This document shows positions 9,169-18,422 of a stretch of DNA of 64,000 nucleotides, in pieces (position 1 is the stretch's first letter; every line of letters begins with the position of its first letter). The position numbers were made by a program, and so were the translations under genes. The notes under the pieces are model-generated. The model was given only the letters and a program-made list of their open reading frames with translations. It searched no databases and was not told where the DNA came from. The stretch is from Nitrospiraceae bacterium (GTDB lineage Bacteria; Nitrospirota; Nitrospiria; Nitrospirales; Nitrospiraceae), in NCBI GenBank assembly GCA_037442105.1, contig JBBIQV010000008.1, positions 1-64,000 of the forward strand, written 5' to 3'.

Positions 9169-9576
9169 GTGATGCACCGGATACTGTGCTTGGTCGTGGG
9201 AGTGGTCCTCGCAGGATGCAGCAGCCAAAGCCACAATGGGGCGCTGCGGCCGCTGACCGCTCCGCCGGGATCGCCCCAGGCCGTCGTGACTCGGCTGGAT
9301 GAGGGCAATAAACTATTTGCCGCGCAGGATTGGGCAGGGGCCAAGGCAGCCTATCTCCAGTCCATTTCGGCGGAGCCCACGCTGGCCGAAGCCCACTACA
9401 ATCTGGGCCTGGCCCTGGAACGATTGGGGGAGAAGACCGAAGCGAAGAAACATTATTTTGAAGCGGCCAATTTGGCGCCGGGCAACAAGGTCATTTGGAA
9501 TGCGCCTCCGCTCCGTAAACGGGCGGAGGAAACCGAATTCAAGAAGAAATCCTTTATGGACGCCTCACCTCGATAG
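9169..9576 (+). CDS. TPR-repeat lipoprotein
   Basis: Lipobox VLAGC; TPR AEAHYNLGLAL. Confidence 0.85.
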   Translation: MMHRILCLVVGVVLAGCSSQSHNGALRPLTAPPGSPQAVVTRLDEGNKLFAAQDWAGAKAAYLQSISAEPTLAEAHYNLGLALERLGEKTEAKKHYFEAANLAPGNKVIWNAPPLRKRAEETEFKKKSFMDASPR

Positions 9577-9590
9577 CAGAATGGGTCATC

Positions 9591-9983
9591 GTGTCGCCAC
9601 CGAAACGCCGGCAGATCTTCGCCCTTTCCGAAGAGGAATTCTCTGTGCTGGTCCGAAAGGCGATCGAGGGGTTGCCTGGCCAATATGCCAAGCTGGTGAG
9701 CAATGTGACCGTGGTCATCGAGGATGAACCGCCGCGCGATGTGCTTGAAGATCTTGGGCTTGAGTCGGGAGATGATTTGCTGGGGTTATATCAGGGAGTT
9801 TCGTTGGACGAGGAGTCGTTCTTCCAGGCAGGCGGCAACCTTCCGGCTCGCATTGCGATCTACCGGGGACCGATTCTGCGATTGTGCCGGACAAAAGCCG
9901 AAGTCGTTCAAGAGGTTCGAGATACCGTGGTCCACGAGATCGGGCATCATTTCGGGCTCGGCGACGAGGACATGCCCTATTGA
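9591..9983 (+). CDS. Minimal zincin-like metallopeptidase (DUF1025/Zincin_1)
   Basis: LLGLYQG, RIAIYRGPI, TVVHEIGHHFG. Confidence 0.9.
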   Translation: MSPPKRRQIFALSEEEFSVLVRKAIEGLPGQYAKLVSNVTVVIEDEPPRDVLEDLGLESGDDLLGLYQGVSLDEESFFQAGGNLPARIAIYRGPILRLCRTKAEVVQEVRDTVVHEIGHHFGLGDEDMPY

Positions 9984-9995
9984 TCAGATTGCGGC

Positions 9996-10079
9996 AAACA
10001 GCCAATAGCGAATAGCTGATAGCAAACAGCGAACAGCAAATAGCTTCAAAGGATACCGGCTATCGGCTATTAGCTACCT
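9996..10079. repeat. Heptamer foldback element, TAGC/GCTA subtype, overlapping the lgt 3' end
   Basis: aaacagc|caatagc|gaatagc|tgatagc|aaacagc|gaacagc|aaatagc, a 14-nt spacer, then gctatcg|gctatta|gctacct. Confidence 0.9.
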
Positions 10080-10866
10080 GCCTCTGGTAAACCAGCGCCA
10101 ACATGAACGCGCCGGCAAAGATCATCGGTAAGGAAAGGACTTGTCCCATGGAGAACGGGCCGAAGATAAGGCCTAAATGCTGGTCCGGTTCGCGAAAAAA
10201 TTCGACGATCAGACGGCAGAGCCCGTAGCCGGTGATGAAACTCCAAAAGATCGTCCCCGGAGGTTTGGGCGTACGACCCAGCAACCAGAGCACTGTAAAG
10301 AGCAACAGCCCCTCCAGCCCGGCCTCATAGAGTTGCGATGGGTGGCGACAGGTCGGGCCTGCGCCGGGGAACACCATACACCAGTCCACGTCCGTCGCTC
10401 GTCCGTAGAGCTCGCCATTGATAAAGTTGCCGAGCCGACCGAAACCTAATCCCACCGGCGTCACGGCTGCCGCCAAGTCCGCTACCGTGTAAGCAGGAAT
10501 TCCCCGTTTTCGGCTGAACAGCCACAGCGCGACGATCGTGCCGAGGAGGCCGCCGTGAAACGACATGCCTCCTTCCCACACGGCAAGAATTTTTTCCGGG
10601 TTTTCGAGGTAGAACGGTAAATTGTAGAACAGCGTGTACCCGATCCGCCCTCCGAGAAACACACCGACTGCCGCGTAGACGACCATGTCGTAAATCTGTT
10701 CCACCGTGATAGCCTGCTTTTGCGACGAGACCCGCAACTTGATGAGAAAGTACGCGGCAGTCAGCCCGATGAGATACATGAGCCCGTACCATCGGAACTG
10801 TAGCGGTCCCAGCCGGAGGAAAACCGGGTCGATATTCGGGTAGGGGATAGCGTGCTGCCAGGTCAT
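10060..10866 (-). CDS. lgt: Prolipoprotein diacylglyceryl transferase
   Basis: WYGLMY, GGRIGY, GGMSFHGG, GRLGNFINGELYGR, RHPSQLYE, EFFREPD. Confidence 0.97.
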   Translation of the reverse strand: MTWQHAIPYPNIDPVFLRLGPLQFRWYGLMYLIGLTAAYFLIKLRVSSQKQAITVEQIYDMVVYAAVGVFLGGRIGYTLFYNLPFYLENPEKILAVWEGGMSFHGGLLGTIVALWLFSRKRGIPAYTVADLAAAVTPVGLGFGRLGNFINGELYGRATDVDWCMVFPGAGPTCRHPSQLYEAGLEGLLLFTVLWLLGRTPKPPGTIFWSFITGYGLCRLIVEFFREPDQHLGLIFGPFSMGQVLSLPMIFAGAFMLALVYQRQVANSR

Positions 10867-11078
10867 GCGACTGTCCTCAGGGTCAAGGCGCGGGGATCAT
10901 AAGAGAGGTGCCCGGTGGTTTGCAAGATGGGTCGAGTCGGAAGGAGGGCAATCGGACTGTCGTCTTTCTGAAACGGTTGTCTCTCATGTTTGTGTGGGAA
11001 ACGCAACCTTTTCTTAACGCTCCTTAATAGCCGGCCTATCCACCCCCACTTTTATTCGCATTTTTGATGATTCCAGGC

Positions 11079-11094
11079 TGGCACGGTTACTGCT
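11079..11094 (+). promoter_or_regulatory. Sigma54 (-24/-12) promoter upstream of ytxH
   Basis: TGGCACGGTTACTGCT = GG-N10-GC with a near-consensus TGGCACG, preceded by an AT-rich tract. Confidence 0.7.
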
Positions 11095-11170
11095 AAGGCA
11101 ACCGGTGAGCGTTCGCCAAGAGTTGGTTCTCACAAATTTCAACACCTCTTGTGAGGAAAGGAGGCTCGCC

Positions 11171-11431
11171 ATGTCAGAGCAGGGACGTCAGGCAGCAAAA
11201 TTGGCGGTATTGGTAGCCGGTGGGGCGGTTCTTGGAGCAGGACTTGGACTGTTGTTTGCTCCGCAGAGTGGCGCGGAGACACGCCGTGACATCGCTCGTT
11301 ATACGAAGAAGGCACAGATTCAGGCAACACGATTCGGTCGTGCCATCAAATCGGGTGTCGCCGGAGTTGTGGAGCGCGGGAAGATGATCGTACAACAGCG
11401 CGATCGGAAACCCTCAATCGAAGCAGCTTAG
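11171..11431 (+). CDS. YtxH-domain protein
   Basis: GGAVLGAGLGLLFAPQSGAETRRDI; AAGGAGG RBS. Confidence 0.9.
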   Translation: MSEQGRQAAKLAVLVAGGAVLGAGLGLLFAPQSGAETRRDIARYTKKAQIQATRFGRAIKSGVAGVVERGKMIVQQRDRKPSIEAA

Positions 11432-11481
11432 TCCCACGGGTTCGACACCGTCTGGTCGGCCACTGACGGCCTGTTGTTGGC

Positions 11482-11538
11482 AGGAGTCTGCCCCCGTATT
11501 CCTTCGTTGCGAGGCGAAGGAATACCGGGTAGACTCCT
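11482..11538. terminator. Long stem-loop downstream of ytxH
   Basis: AGGAGTCT..GTATTCCTTCG, loop, CGAAGGAATAC..AGACTCCT; no U-tract. Confidence 0.5.
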
Positions 11539-11552
11539 CACCCTCCCTTACC

Positions 11553-11581
11553 TTGACCCCTCCTACCCCCGGTGCTAGAGT
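11553..11581 (+). promoter_or_regulatory. Sigma70-type promoter of tRNA-Leu
   Basis: TTGACC-17 nt-TAGAGT. Confidence 0.65.
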
Positions 11582-11602
11582 CTCGCCGCCGTCTCCCTCG
11601 TT

Positions 11603-11692
11603 GCCGGAGTGGCGGAATTGGCAGACGCCAGGGACTTAAAATCCCTTGGGCTCACAAGGCCCGTGCCGGTTCGAGCCCGGCCTCCGGCACCA
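11603..11692 (+). tRNA. tRNA-Leu (anticodon TAA)
   Basis: GCCGGAG acceptor stem, GGCGGAATTGGCAGACGC D-arm, anticodon arm GGGA-CTTAAAA-TCCC, long variable arm, GGTTCGAGCCC T-arm, encoded CCA. Confidence 0.97.
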
Positions 11693-11721
11693 CTCACTCG
11701 AGCCTGTCTCTCCTGATCCGC

Positions 11722-12258
11722 TTACCACTTTCCCAACCATCCGCGCGTCCCGGCGTAATAGGCTGCGATGGCCAAAGCGATGACGATCATGATGTACGTC
11801 GCGTATTCGAGCAACAGGCCGGGACTGACTCCTCGGCTGAGAAACGACAGCGCCGCACTCAGGACGGTAGCCGTGAACGTGATCCGCTTGGGGCAGAGGG
11901 CTGTCTTGTGCTCTTCATAGGCCAGCACAACCCAGACCCCGATCCATGCTATCGCCCCTATCACCAGCGCTCCGAGGAGATCCGTCACCCCGACGACGCC
12001 GGAGTCCCTCGCCAACTCCCACAGCGGCTTCCGTTGCAGTTCTAAAGGAATTCTGAACCATTCGCCGATCGACAAGAGGATCCACAACAGACCGAGTCCA
12101 AGCGCGAAATCGCGTTTGCGCATCTCCTTCGACAGCATGGACGAAAGCTGAACGAGCAGAGTGGGGGGGGCATTGGGAGGAGGCAAGCTGTGGCCACATT
12201 CGCAGACCGGGAACGCGTCGGGATTCATCCGGAAGCAGCGAAGACATTGAATCGGCAT
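11722..12258 (-). CDS. Hypothetical membrane protein with N-terminal Zn ribbon
   Basis: MPIQCLRCFRMNPDAFPVCECGHSL followed by ~4 hydrophobic segments. Confidence 0.65.
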   Translation of the reverse strand: MPIQCLRCFRMNPDAFPVCECGHSLPPPNAPPTLLVQLSSMLSKEMRKRDFALGLGLLWILLSIGEWFRIPLELQRKPLWELARDSGVVGVTDLLGALVIGAIAWIGVWVVLAYEEHKTALCPKRITFTATVLSAALSFLSRGVSPGLLLEYATYIMIVIALAIAAYYAGTRGWLGKW

Positions 12259-12424
12259 GGCAAGTGCTCCGTCTTGAGCTCGCCTATCAAATGTATCATG
12301 CCCGTCCCCTTTTTGTAGTTGCGCGGACGGGGCAGTGATGGCGAGGACTTTGAGGTAGGTGTGCCGAAACGCGAGGCAACCTTGCAAGAGTGTGTGAATA
12401 GAGAAGCAGCGCTCGCAGGCGCGG

Positions 12425-13321
12425 TTAGGGAACGCAGGCCTCACTGCGTTTGGCGGAAATCGATCCCCACCCACCGAGATTGTTGATGAAGGTGCCCTCG
12501 AGACGCTGTCCTTCCTTCGTAAACTGCAAGCTGTCTTCCTGGATTCGACCGGCCGCTTCCCAGCGCAGATAGACGTTGTCGCCTAGTACGACGATTTCCG
12601 TAGAACCGTTGGGCAACTGTCTTCCTAGACCGGGAAAGGGGAAAACCATGACGAGTTTCTGCTCATGGTGGTTCTGATGGTTGTGAATGGTCCACTGCCA
12701 CGCGCCGCAGAGGCGAGCAAGGCCGCGGCGCTCTCGCACCTGATCCTTCCAGTGATGGATGCGTGTCCATTCGACAAACACTTTCTCAAGCGCAGTCGCC
12801 TCCAATTGTTTGGCGAGATTTCTCAGGACCAACGGGGAGACTCCTTGCCGCTCCAGCCATTCGCGTTGCCTGACGAGGTCGCCATCGAGCGCGGTTAGGC
12901 GCGCAGTATCTGCTGTTTTTGTCGCTTCCCAGCTCGACCGAGCCAAGCGCAACGCAGCGAGGCCAGCGGCCAACTGGGTCGCAGAGTTCTGCAGCTCTTG
13001 AATGAACAGGTCCTGAGCCAGCGAGGCGGGCAACGATTTGGCCTGGAGCGTCAGGGCGGCATCGTGCAGTCCGAGCGCCGGACCAAGACTCGCGATAAAG
13101 GCTTTGAGGGCATCGGCTTCGGAAACAATAGCGGCAAGGGTCTCGGCATGTTTCTGTATGACCTGATCAAAATCCGGCAGGCCGGATGTCAGCATTGTCT
13201 GATAGGTGCCGGCAGGAGCAGAGGGAGGAGAGGTTTCGGCGCCGTCGGAAAGAGCTGGCATCCCTCCGCCGAGGAGGCTAAGCAGAAGAAGTGGAACGAA
13301 GCGGTTCATGGGACGAAGCAT
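12425..13321 (-). CDS. Hypothetical exported protein
   Basis: Signal-like N-terminus (MNRFVPLLLLSLLGGG); helical core and beta-rich C-terminus (WQWTIHNHQNH...GGWGSISAKR); start 13321 or 13309. Confidence 0.7.
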   Translation of the reverse strand: MLRPMNRFVPLLLLSLLGGGMPALSDGAETSPPSAPAGTYQTMLTSGLPDFDQVIQKHAETLAAIVSEADALKAFIASLGPALGLHDAALTLQAKSLPASLAQDLFIQELQNSATQLAAGLAALRLARSSWEATKTADTARLTALDGDLVRQREWLERQGVSPLVLRNLAKQLEATALEKVFVEWTRIHHWKDQVRERRGLARLCGAWQWTIHNHQNHHEQKLVMVFPFPGLGRQLPNGSTEIVVLGDNVYLRWEAAGRIQEDSLQFTKEGQRLEGTFINNLGGWGSISAKRSEACVP

Positions 13322-13359
13322 CTGCTGGGCATGCGTGGGACGAAATGACGGCCAGGCAA

Positions 13360-14157
13360 TCACGCGTCTTGCAAGCAAGTCTTGAAGAAGTCCACCGTGG
13401 CATTCCAAGCTTCGGTCGCCGCCTCTTTTCGATAGGTCTCTGTTCGCGTTTCGTTGCAGAAGGCATGAGGGGCGTGGGCGTAGGTACGGATGTCCACGCG
13501 CTTGCCGTACTGCGCCGCTGCCGCGCGAAGTTGATCCACGTCCTGCTGTGTCGCCCACTCATCCCGGCCGGCTTGATGGTAAAGGAGAGGGCAGTACAAG
13601 TCCTTGAGTAGATCGGGAGGCGTCATCATCTTACCGTAAAACGCCACAGCCGCCCGAAGCCGTTTGCGTTGACAGGCGAAGCGCATCGCAAGCGAGCCGC
13701 CCATGCCGAACCCGATCACACCGTGGACGTTGCGTTTGAGGCACTCTCGTGTGTTAAGGAATTCGCAACAGGAGTTAATGTCTTGGAGCAGTGCCGCGTC
13801 GTTATTCCGCGCCATCAGCGCCGCCGCTGCGTCCGCACTCGCCGTGACCATTCCGCCCAATCGTCCGTAGAGATTCGGAATGATCACGCCGTAGCCCTCG
13901 CACGCGAGGCGGCTGCCGAGATCCTTGATCTGAGCGTTCAGTCCCCACCATTCATGCAGCAGCACGATGCCCGGATAACTGCCTTTCTCCTGCGGCCAAA
14001 ATTGGAGACATTCGACTTGGACTTCTTTGGGAACACGCGTCTTGATATAAGGATCGACCGCCGCGTCCGTGATGGTGGGAATCGCCGCTCCGCTGGGAAA
14101 TCGGGCGGTGCCGGTTCCAATCTGCTGCAAGGTGAACGGTGGTGTTCGTTCAGACAT
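13360..14157 (-). CDS. Dienelactone hydrolase family protein lacking the catalytic Cys
   Basis: LHEWWGLN, LACEGY, IGFGMGG (canonical GFCxGG), AFYG, GRDEW, HAF. Confidence 0.9.
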   Translation of the reverse strand: MSERTPPFTLQQIGTGTARFPSGAAIPTITDAAVDPYIKTRVPKEVQVECLQFWPQEKGSYPGIVLLHEWWGLNAQIKDLGSRLACEGYGVIIPNLYGRLGGMVTASADAAAALMARNNDAALLQDINSCCEFLNTRECLKRNVHGVIGFGMGGSLAMRFACQRKRLRAAVAFYGKMMTPPDLLKDLYCPLLYHQAGRDEWATQQDVDQLRAAAAQYGKRVDIRTYAHAPHAFCNETRTETYRKEAATEAWNATVDFFKTCLQDA

Positions 14158-14237
14158 ACGAGGCCTGCTCTGTTCCAAATGGTGAATGCAAATGTGCGAT
14201 TTCTGGTCTATCCTGGTGAGGTAAATCAGTGGTCGGT

Positions 14238-14267
14238 ACTATAGCGATCGGGTCCCGGCCTTGTCAA
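14238..14267 (-). promoter_or_regulatory. Sigma70-type promoter of the DLH gene
   Basis: TTGACA-18 nt-TATAGT on the minus strand. Confidence 0.65.
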
Positions 14268-14339
14268 CGTGAGGCGCTACGCCATCTGTGATACGGCTCA
14301 CATGCTTCACGAAGCAGTGAGAGAATGGGAGGCTGTGAA

Positions 14340-15332
14340 GTGAAGCCGCTGCCGGCTCCTATCAGGATCGGGCTCATCGGATTGGGGCGTCATGGAATCC
14401 GGTATGCCCGCCATCTCCTGCGCGATGTGCCGGAGGCGCGCCTGGTTGCAGTCTGCCGACGGAATCCAACATTGGGCATCGGCTTTCCTGTCGAAGCTGA
14501 GATTCCCTGTTACGGCGAATATCGCAAACTCATTCACGACCCGCGCGTCCAAGCCCTGGTAGTCGTGACCCCGCCGCGATTCAATCGAGAGATCTGCCTC
14601 GCGGCTGTTGAGGCCGGGAAACCGATGCTCATTGAGAAGCCTCTGGCACCGACAGGCCAGGCAGCCCAGGACATGGTCGAAGCTGCGGCTCAAGCCGATG
14701 TTCCCCTGATGACCGCCCATACCCTCCGATTCGATCCCGCCACAATTGCGCTCAAGGCTCAGCTCGGCAAGCTAGGGCGGAGGCACTATCTGACCATGAC
14801 CATTCGCCTTGAGTCCCAGCCTCAAGGGACTCCGTCTGCCGGAGGGGATGGGGACCGAGGAGTGTTGCTGGAGGTGGGCATTCATCTGCTGGACATGGTG
14901 CGCTTTCTGACGGAAGAAGAGGTCGTCGCGGTCAGCGCGCGGATGGACCGGTCTGATGCCGCTGCGCCGGAAACCCGTGCCGCCGTTCAGCTCTGGACCG
15001 CGAGCGGAATGCCATGCCTGGTTGACGTCGCGCGCGTGGCTGTCGGACGGGTGTGCCGCGCCGAGTGGATGGCCGGCGGTGGACAACTCCACGTTGATTG
15101 GCGGCACCAGACGCTCACCCGCATGACTGCTGAGGCCGGGGCGCAAGCGACAACGGTCTCGCCGCAACTCACTATTGTGTCCACGCTCCGCGCCTTTCTC
15201 GAATCGCTCCGGGGAGTACGACCCATTCCGGTCCCCGGCGTCGATGGTCTGAAAGCCGTTCGGATCGCCGATGCCTGTTATCGGTCCGCAGAGCGAGGCG
15301 GACAGCTAGTGAATGTCCAATGCGATAATTAA
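14340..15332 (+). CDS. Gfo/Idh/MocA family oxidoreductase
   Basis: IGLIGLGRHG, GKPMLIEKPLA, RFDP, GVLLEVGIHLLD. Confidence 0.9.
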   Translation: MKPLPAPIRIGLIGLGRHGIRYARHLLRDVPEARLVAVCRRNPTLGIGFPVEAEIPCYGEYRKLIHDPRVQALVVVTPPRFNREICLAAVEAGKPMLIEKPLAPTGQAAQDMVEAAAQADVPLMTAHTLRFDPATIALKAQLGKLGRRHYLTMTIRLESQPQGTPSAGGDGDRGVLLEVGIHLLDMVRFLTEEEVVAVSARMDRSDAAAPETRAAVQLWTASGMPCLVDVARVAVGRVCRAEWMAGGGQLHVDWRHQTLTRMTAEAGAQATTVSPQLTIVSTLRAFLESLRGVRPIPVPGVDGLKAVRIADACYRSAERGGQLVNVQCDN

Positions 15333-15443
15333 CCCGCCGTAATTCTCCGAAGCCGCCACCCTCCTTCGCCCACCTCCGCCTCCGCATGCCGGCTCCTGGA
15401 TCGTTGTCGATCGAGAACTGTCATGTTGGGGGGAGGTCTCGTC

Positions 15444-15639
15444 CTAGCGCGCATTATTCATGACGGTTCGTCGCGAAATCGCGCAGTCGCGTCGCGAGAC
15501 GGGCACGCGGAGCCGCTTGGCCCCAAGGCGTACTTGAACAGTACGTCGAGGGGGCAAGCGGCGAGCCTGCCCGCCGAAGGCTTGTCGCAGCAGCGAATGC
15601 GCGATTGCAGCAGAAGTGCTCATGAATAATGCGCGCTAG
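15444..15639. mobile_element. MITE-like element with perfect 20-bp terminal inverted repeats
   Basis: CTAGCGCGCATTATTCATGA ... TCATGAATAATGCGCGCTAG; nested internal palindromes around ggcgtacttgaacagtacgtc; no coding capacity. Confidence 0.85.
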
Positions 15640-15841
15640 GTATTGGATCGTGCTGGCTTGCCCCTCGAATGTAGGATAGACGACCTGCCTGTCCGTACTG
15701 TAGAGTCAGCACCCAATGACAACTAATGGAGACCAATGAGACAGAACAGGTAGCGCATGGGCTGAGCGGTCGGCAACGTGTTTTCAGCGGGACGGTTGGG
15801 CGAAAAGGGTTATCCAGAGGAAATCATCAGGAGGTGCAACC

Positions 15842-16168
15842 ATGCCGGAACGGGGAGTGAAAATGGAGAAGGCGGTGTCTCTCAACGTGAAGCTGACGCC
15901 GGGGGAGCAAGCGGACCAGCCGGTGTTGGCGAACTACACGACCGTGGGCGTGGCGCAAGGGATGGGCTATCTGGACTTTGGCTTTATCGAGCCTGCGTCA
16001 TTGGCTGCGGTCGTGCGCCGGGCTCAACAGGATGGAGATATTCCCAAGACCCTCGACGGGACCCTCGCCGTGCGGGTGGCGCTGCCGCTGGAGGCGCTCG
16101 CGCGGTTGCAGCAACAACTGCAGCAGGTGGTCGTGGGGCTGCGCGGAAAGCAGGATGTGAAATCGTGA
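15842..16168 (+). CDS. Hypothetical protein, DUF3467-like
   Basis: LANYTTV...YLDFGF...VRVALPLEALARLQQQL pattern; AGGAGG RBS. Confidence 0.65.
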   Translation: MPERGVKMEKAVSLNVKLTPGEQADQPVLANYTTVGVAQGMGYLDFGFIEPASLAAVVRRAQQDGDIPKTLDGTLAVRVALPLEALARLQQQLQQVVVGLRGKQDVKS

Positions 16169-16193
16169 TGGGGACAGGTGCTCTGAAGATTTG

Positions 16194-18422
16194 ATGCTGG
16201 CGGCAGACGAGGGTATACAAACACCGGGTGGAACAGGTCAGGAACCGGATACGGGACTGATCTGTCTACTGATTCTCGCGCGGTTGTACGACCTGCCGGC
16301 GGATGGGGCCCAGCTTCGCCGTCAATTCAGCGACGCCGGCCGACCCTTGTCCGAAACCGACCTCCTCCGCGCCGCCAAACATGTGGGACTCAAGGCAGGT
16401 TGCGTGGAGGCCGACTGGACAGACCTCGCACGCATGCCGCTACCCGCCATCGCGAAGCGCCACGACGGGCGCTATCTCGTGCTGGCCAAAGTCGAGGGCG
16501 AGAAGGTCCTCATTCAAGATCCCGCCGAAGCCCGACCGTTGATCCTGCCGCGCGCCGCCTTCGAGCAGTGCTGGAGTGGGCGGCTGTTCCTCTTCACCAA
16601 GCGGGCTTACCTGCGTCCGCAGGATCTTCGATTCGATTTCACCTGGTTTATTCCGGCCGTGGTCAAATACCGCCGACTGCTTGGGGAAGTGCTGCTTGCC
16701 TCGTTCTTCCTCCAACTGTTCGGACTGCTCACGCCGCTGTTCACGCAAGTCGTGATCGACAAGGTGCTCGTCCACAAGGGATTTACGACCCTGCATGTGC
16801 TTGCTGTCGGGATGGCGGCATTGGCGCTGTTCGAAGCGCTGCTCGGCGGGCTCCGCACCTATCTGTTCGCCCACACGACCAACCGCATGGATGTCGGCCT
16901 CGGGGCGCAGCTCTTCCGCCACATCCTGGCCTTGCCGCTGGCCTATTTTGAAGCCCGGCGTGTCGGCGACACGGTGGCGCGGGTGCGCGAGCTCGAACAC
17001 ATCCGGCAGTTCCTCACCGGCAACTCGGTCACCGTGGTGCTCGACCTCGTCTTCACCGTCGTGTTTGTGGCCGTCATGTGGTTCTACAGTCCTCTCCTGA
17101 CATTGGTCGTCCTTGGTTCGATACCACTCTATGCCGCACTCTCCCTTGCCATTACCCCGATCATCCGGACGCGCCTGAATGAAAAATTCAATCGCGGCGC
17201 CGAGAATCAATCGTTTCTCGTGGAAGCGATGAGCGGCATACACACCGTCAAGGCGCTGGCCCTCGAGCCGCCGCTCCAACGACGGTGGGATGAGCAGCTT
17301 GCCGGCTATGTGCGGGCGAGTTTCCGGGCGACGAGTCTTATCACCGTCACGAGCCAGATCGCCTCGTTCATCCAGAAAGTCACCACCATCGCGGTGCTCT
17401 GGACCGGTGCCTATCTCGTGATCGCCGGCGATCTCAGCATCGGCCAATTGATCGCCTTCAACATGTTGTCGGGCCAGGTGACAGGCCCCCTGTTACGCCT
17501 CGTGAATCTCTGGCAGGAATTTCAACAGGTGGGGATCTCCGTCCAGCGATTAGGCGACGTGCTCAATACACAACCGGAACCGTCCTACAGTCCGAATCGC
17601 ACCACGTTGCCTCGTCTTGCAGGGCGGATCGTCTTCGACGGCGTCACGTTTCGCTATCGCCCCGACGGCCAGGAAGTCTTGCGCAACGTGTCGTTCACAA
17701 TCTCAGCCGGACAGGTCATCGGCGTGGTCGGGCGATCGGGGTCGGGCAAGAGCACCATTGCCAAGCTGATTCAACGGCTCTACGTGCCGGAGCGGGGGCG
17801 GGTCCTGGTGGATGGCGTCGACCTCGCCCAAGTGGATCCTGCCTGGCTGCGTCGCCAAGTCGGCGTGGTGCTTCAGGAAAATTTCTTGTTCAACCGTTCG
17901 GTGCGGGACAACATCGCGCTGACCGATCCGGGCATTGCCATGGAGCGGGTGATCCAGGCGGCGCAACTTGCCGGCGCCCATGAGTTCATCCTGGAACTGC
18001 CGGAAGGCTATGACACGGTGGTCGGCGAACACGGGTGTTCGCTCTCAGGCGGCCAGCGGCAACGCATTGCGATTGCCCGCGCGTTGGTAGCCGATCCACG
18101 GATTCTCATCTTCGACGAAGCGACCAGCGCGCTCGACTACGAATCCGAAGCCATCATCCAGCAGAACATGGCGCACATCTGCAAAGGCCGCACGGTGGTC
18201 ATCATCGCCCATCGGCTGAGCACGGTGCGACCCGCGAACCACATCTATGTCATCGAGAAGGGCGAGATTGTCGAGGAAGGGCCGCACGACGAGCTGCTGA
18301 AACGGAACGGCTTTTATCGCCGGCTGTACAAACATCAGGAGGCCCCTCATCTTCCCCTCTCCCCGCAGGCGGGGAGAGGGATGGGTGAGGGGAACATGGA
18401 ACGCCAACATGGGGTGGCTTAG
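16194..18422 (+). CDS. hlyB: Type I secretion permease/ATPase, HlyB family with C39-like domain
   Basis: FDFTWFIPAVVKYR, QVVIDKVLVH, GRSGSGKST, LSGGQRQR, FDEATSALD, IAHRLST. Confidence 0.95.
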   Translation: MLAADEGIQTPGGTGQEPDTGLICLLILARLYDLPADGAQLRRQFSDAGRPLSETDLLRAAKHVGLKAGCVEADWTDLARMPLPAIAKRHDGRYLVLAKVEGEKVLIQDPAEARPLILPRAAFEQCWSGRLFLFTKRAYLRPQDLRFDFTWFIPAVVKYRRLLGEVLLASFFLQLFGLLTPLFTQVVIDKVLVHKGFTTLHVLAVGMAALALFEALLGGLRTYLFAHTTNRMDVGLGAQLFRHILALPLAYFEARRVGDTVARVRELEHIRQFLTGNSVTVVLDLVFTVVFVAVMWFYSPLLTLVVLGSIPLYAALSLAITPIIRTRLNEKFNRGAENQSFLVEAMSGIHTVKALALEPPLQRRWDEQLAGYVRASFRATSLITVTSQIASFIQKVTTIAVLWTGAYLVIAGDLSIGQLIAFNMLSGQVTGPLLRLVNLWQEFQQVGISVQRLGDVLNTQPEPSYSPNRTTLPRLAGRIVFDGVTFRYRPDGQEVLRNVSFTISAGQVIGVVGRSGSGKSTIAKLIQRLYVPERGRVLVDGVDLAQVDPAWLRRQVGVVLQENFLFNRSVRDNIALTDPGIAMERVIQAAQLAGAHEFILELPEGYDTVVGEHGCSLSGGQRQRIAIARALVADPRILIFDEATSALDYESEAIIQQNMAHICKGRTVVIIAHRLSTVRPANHIYVIEKGEIVEEGPHDELLKRNGFYRRLYKHQEAPHLPLSPQAGRGMGEGNMERQHGVA
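18343..18392. repeat. REP-like palindrome inside the hlyB 3' end
   Basis: CCCCTCATCTTCCCCTCTCCCCGC-AG-GCGGGGAGAGGGATGGGTGAGGGG; encodes PHLPLSPQAGRGMGEG. Confidence 0.8.

Noticed and set aside
16194..16600. Missing catalytic Cys in the HlyB C39 domain, and no tolC in the locus
   Set aside because: Both are normal for HlyB-type RTX exporters (inactive C39-like domain; TolC usually encoded elsewhere).
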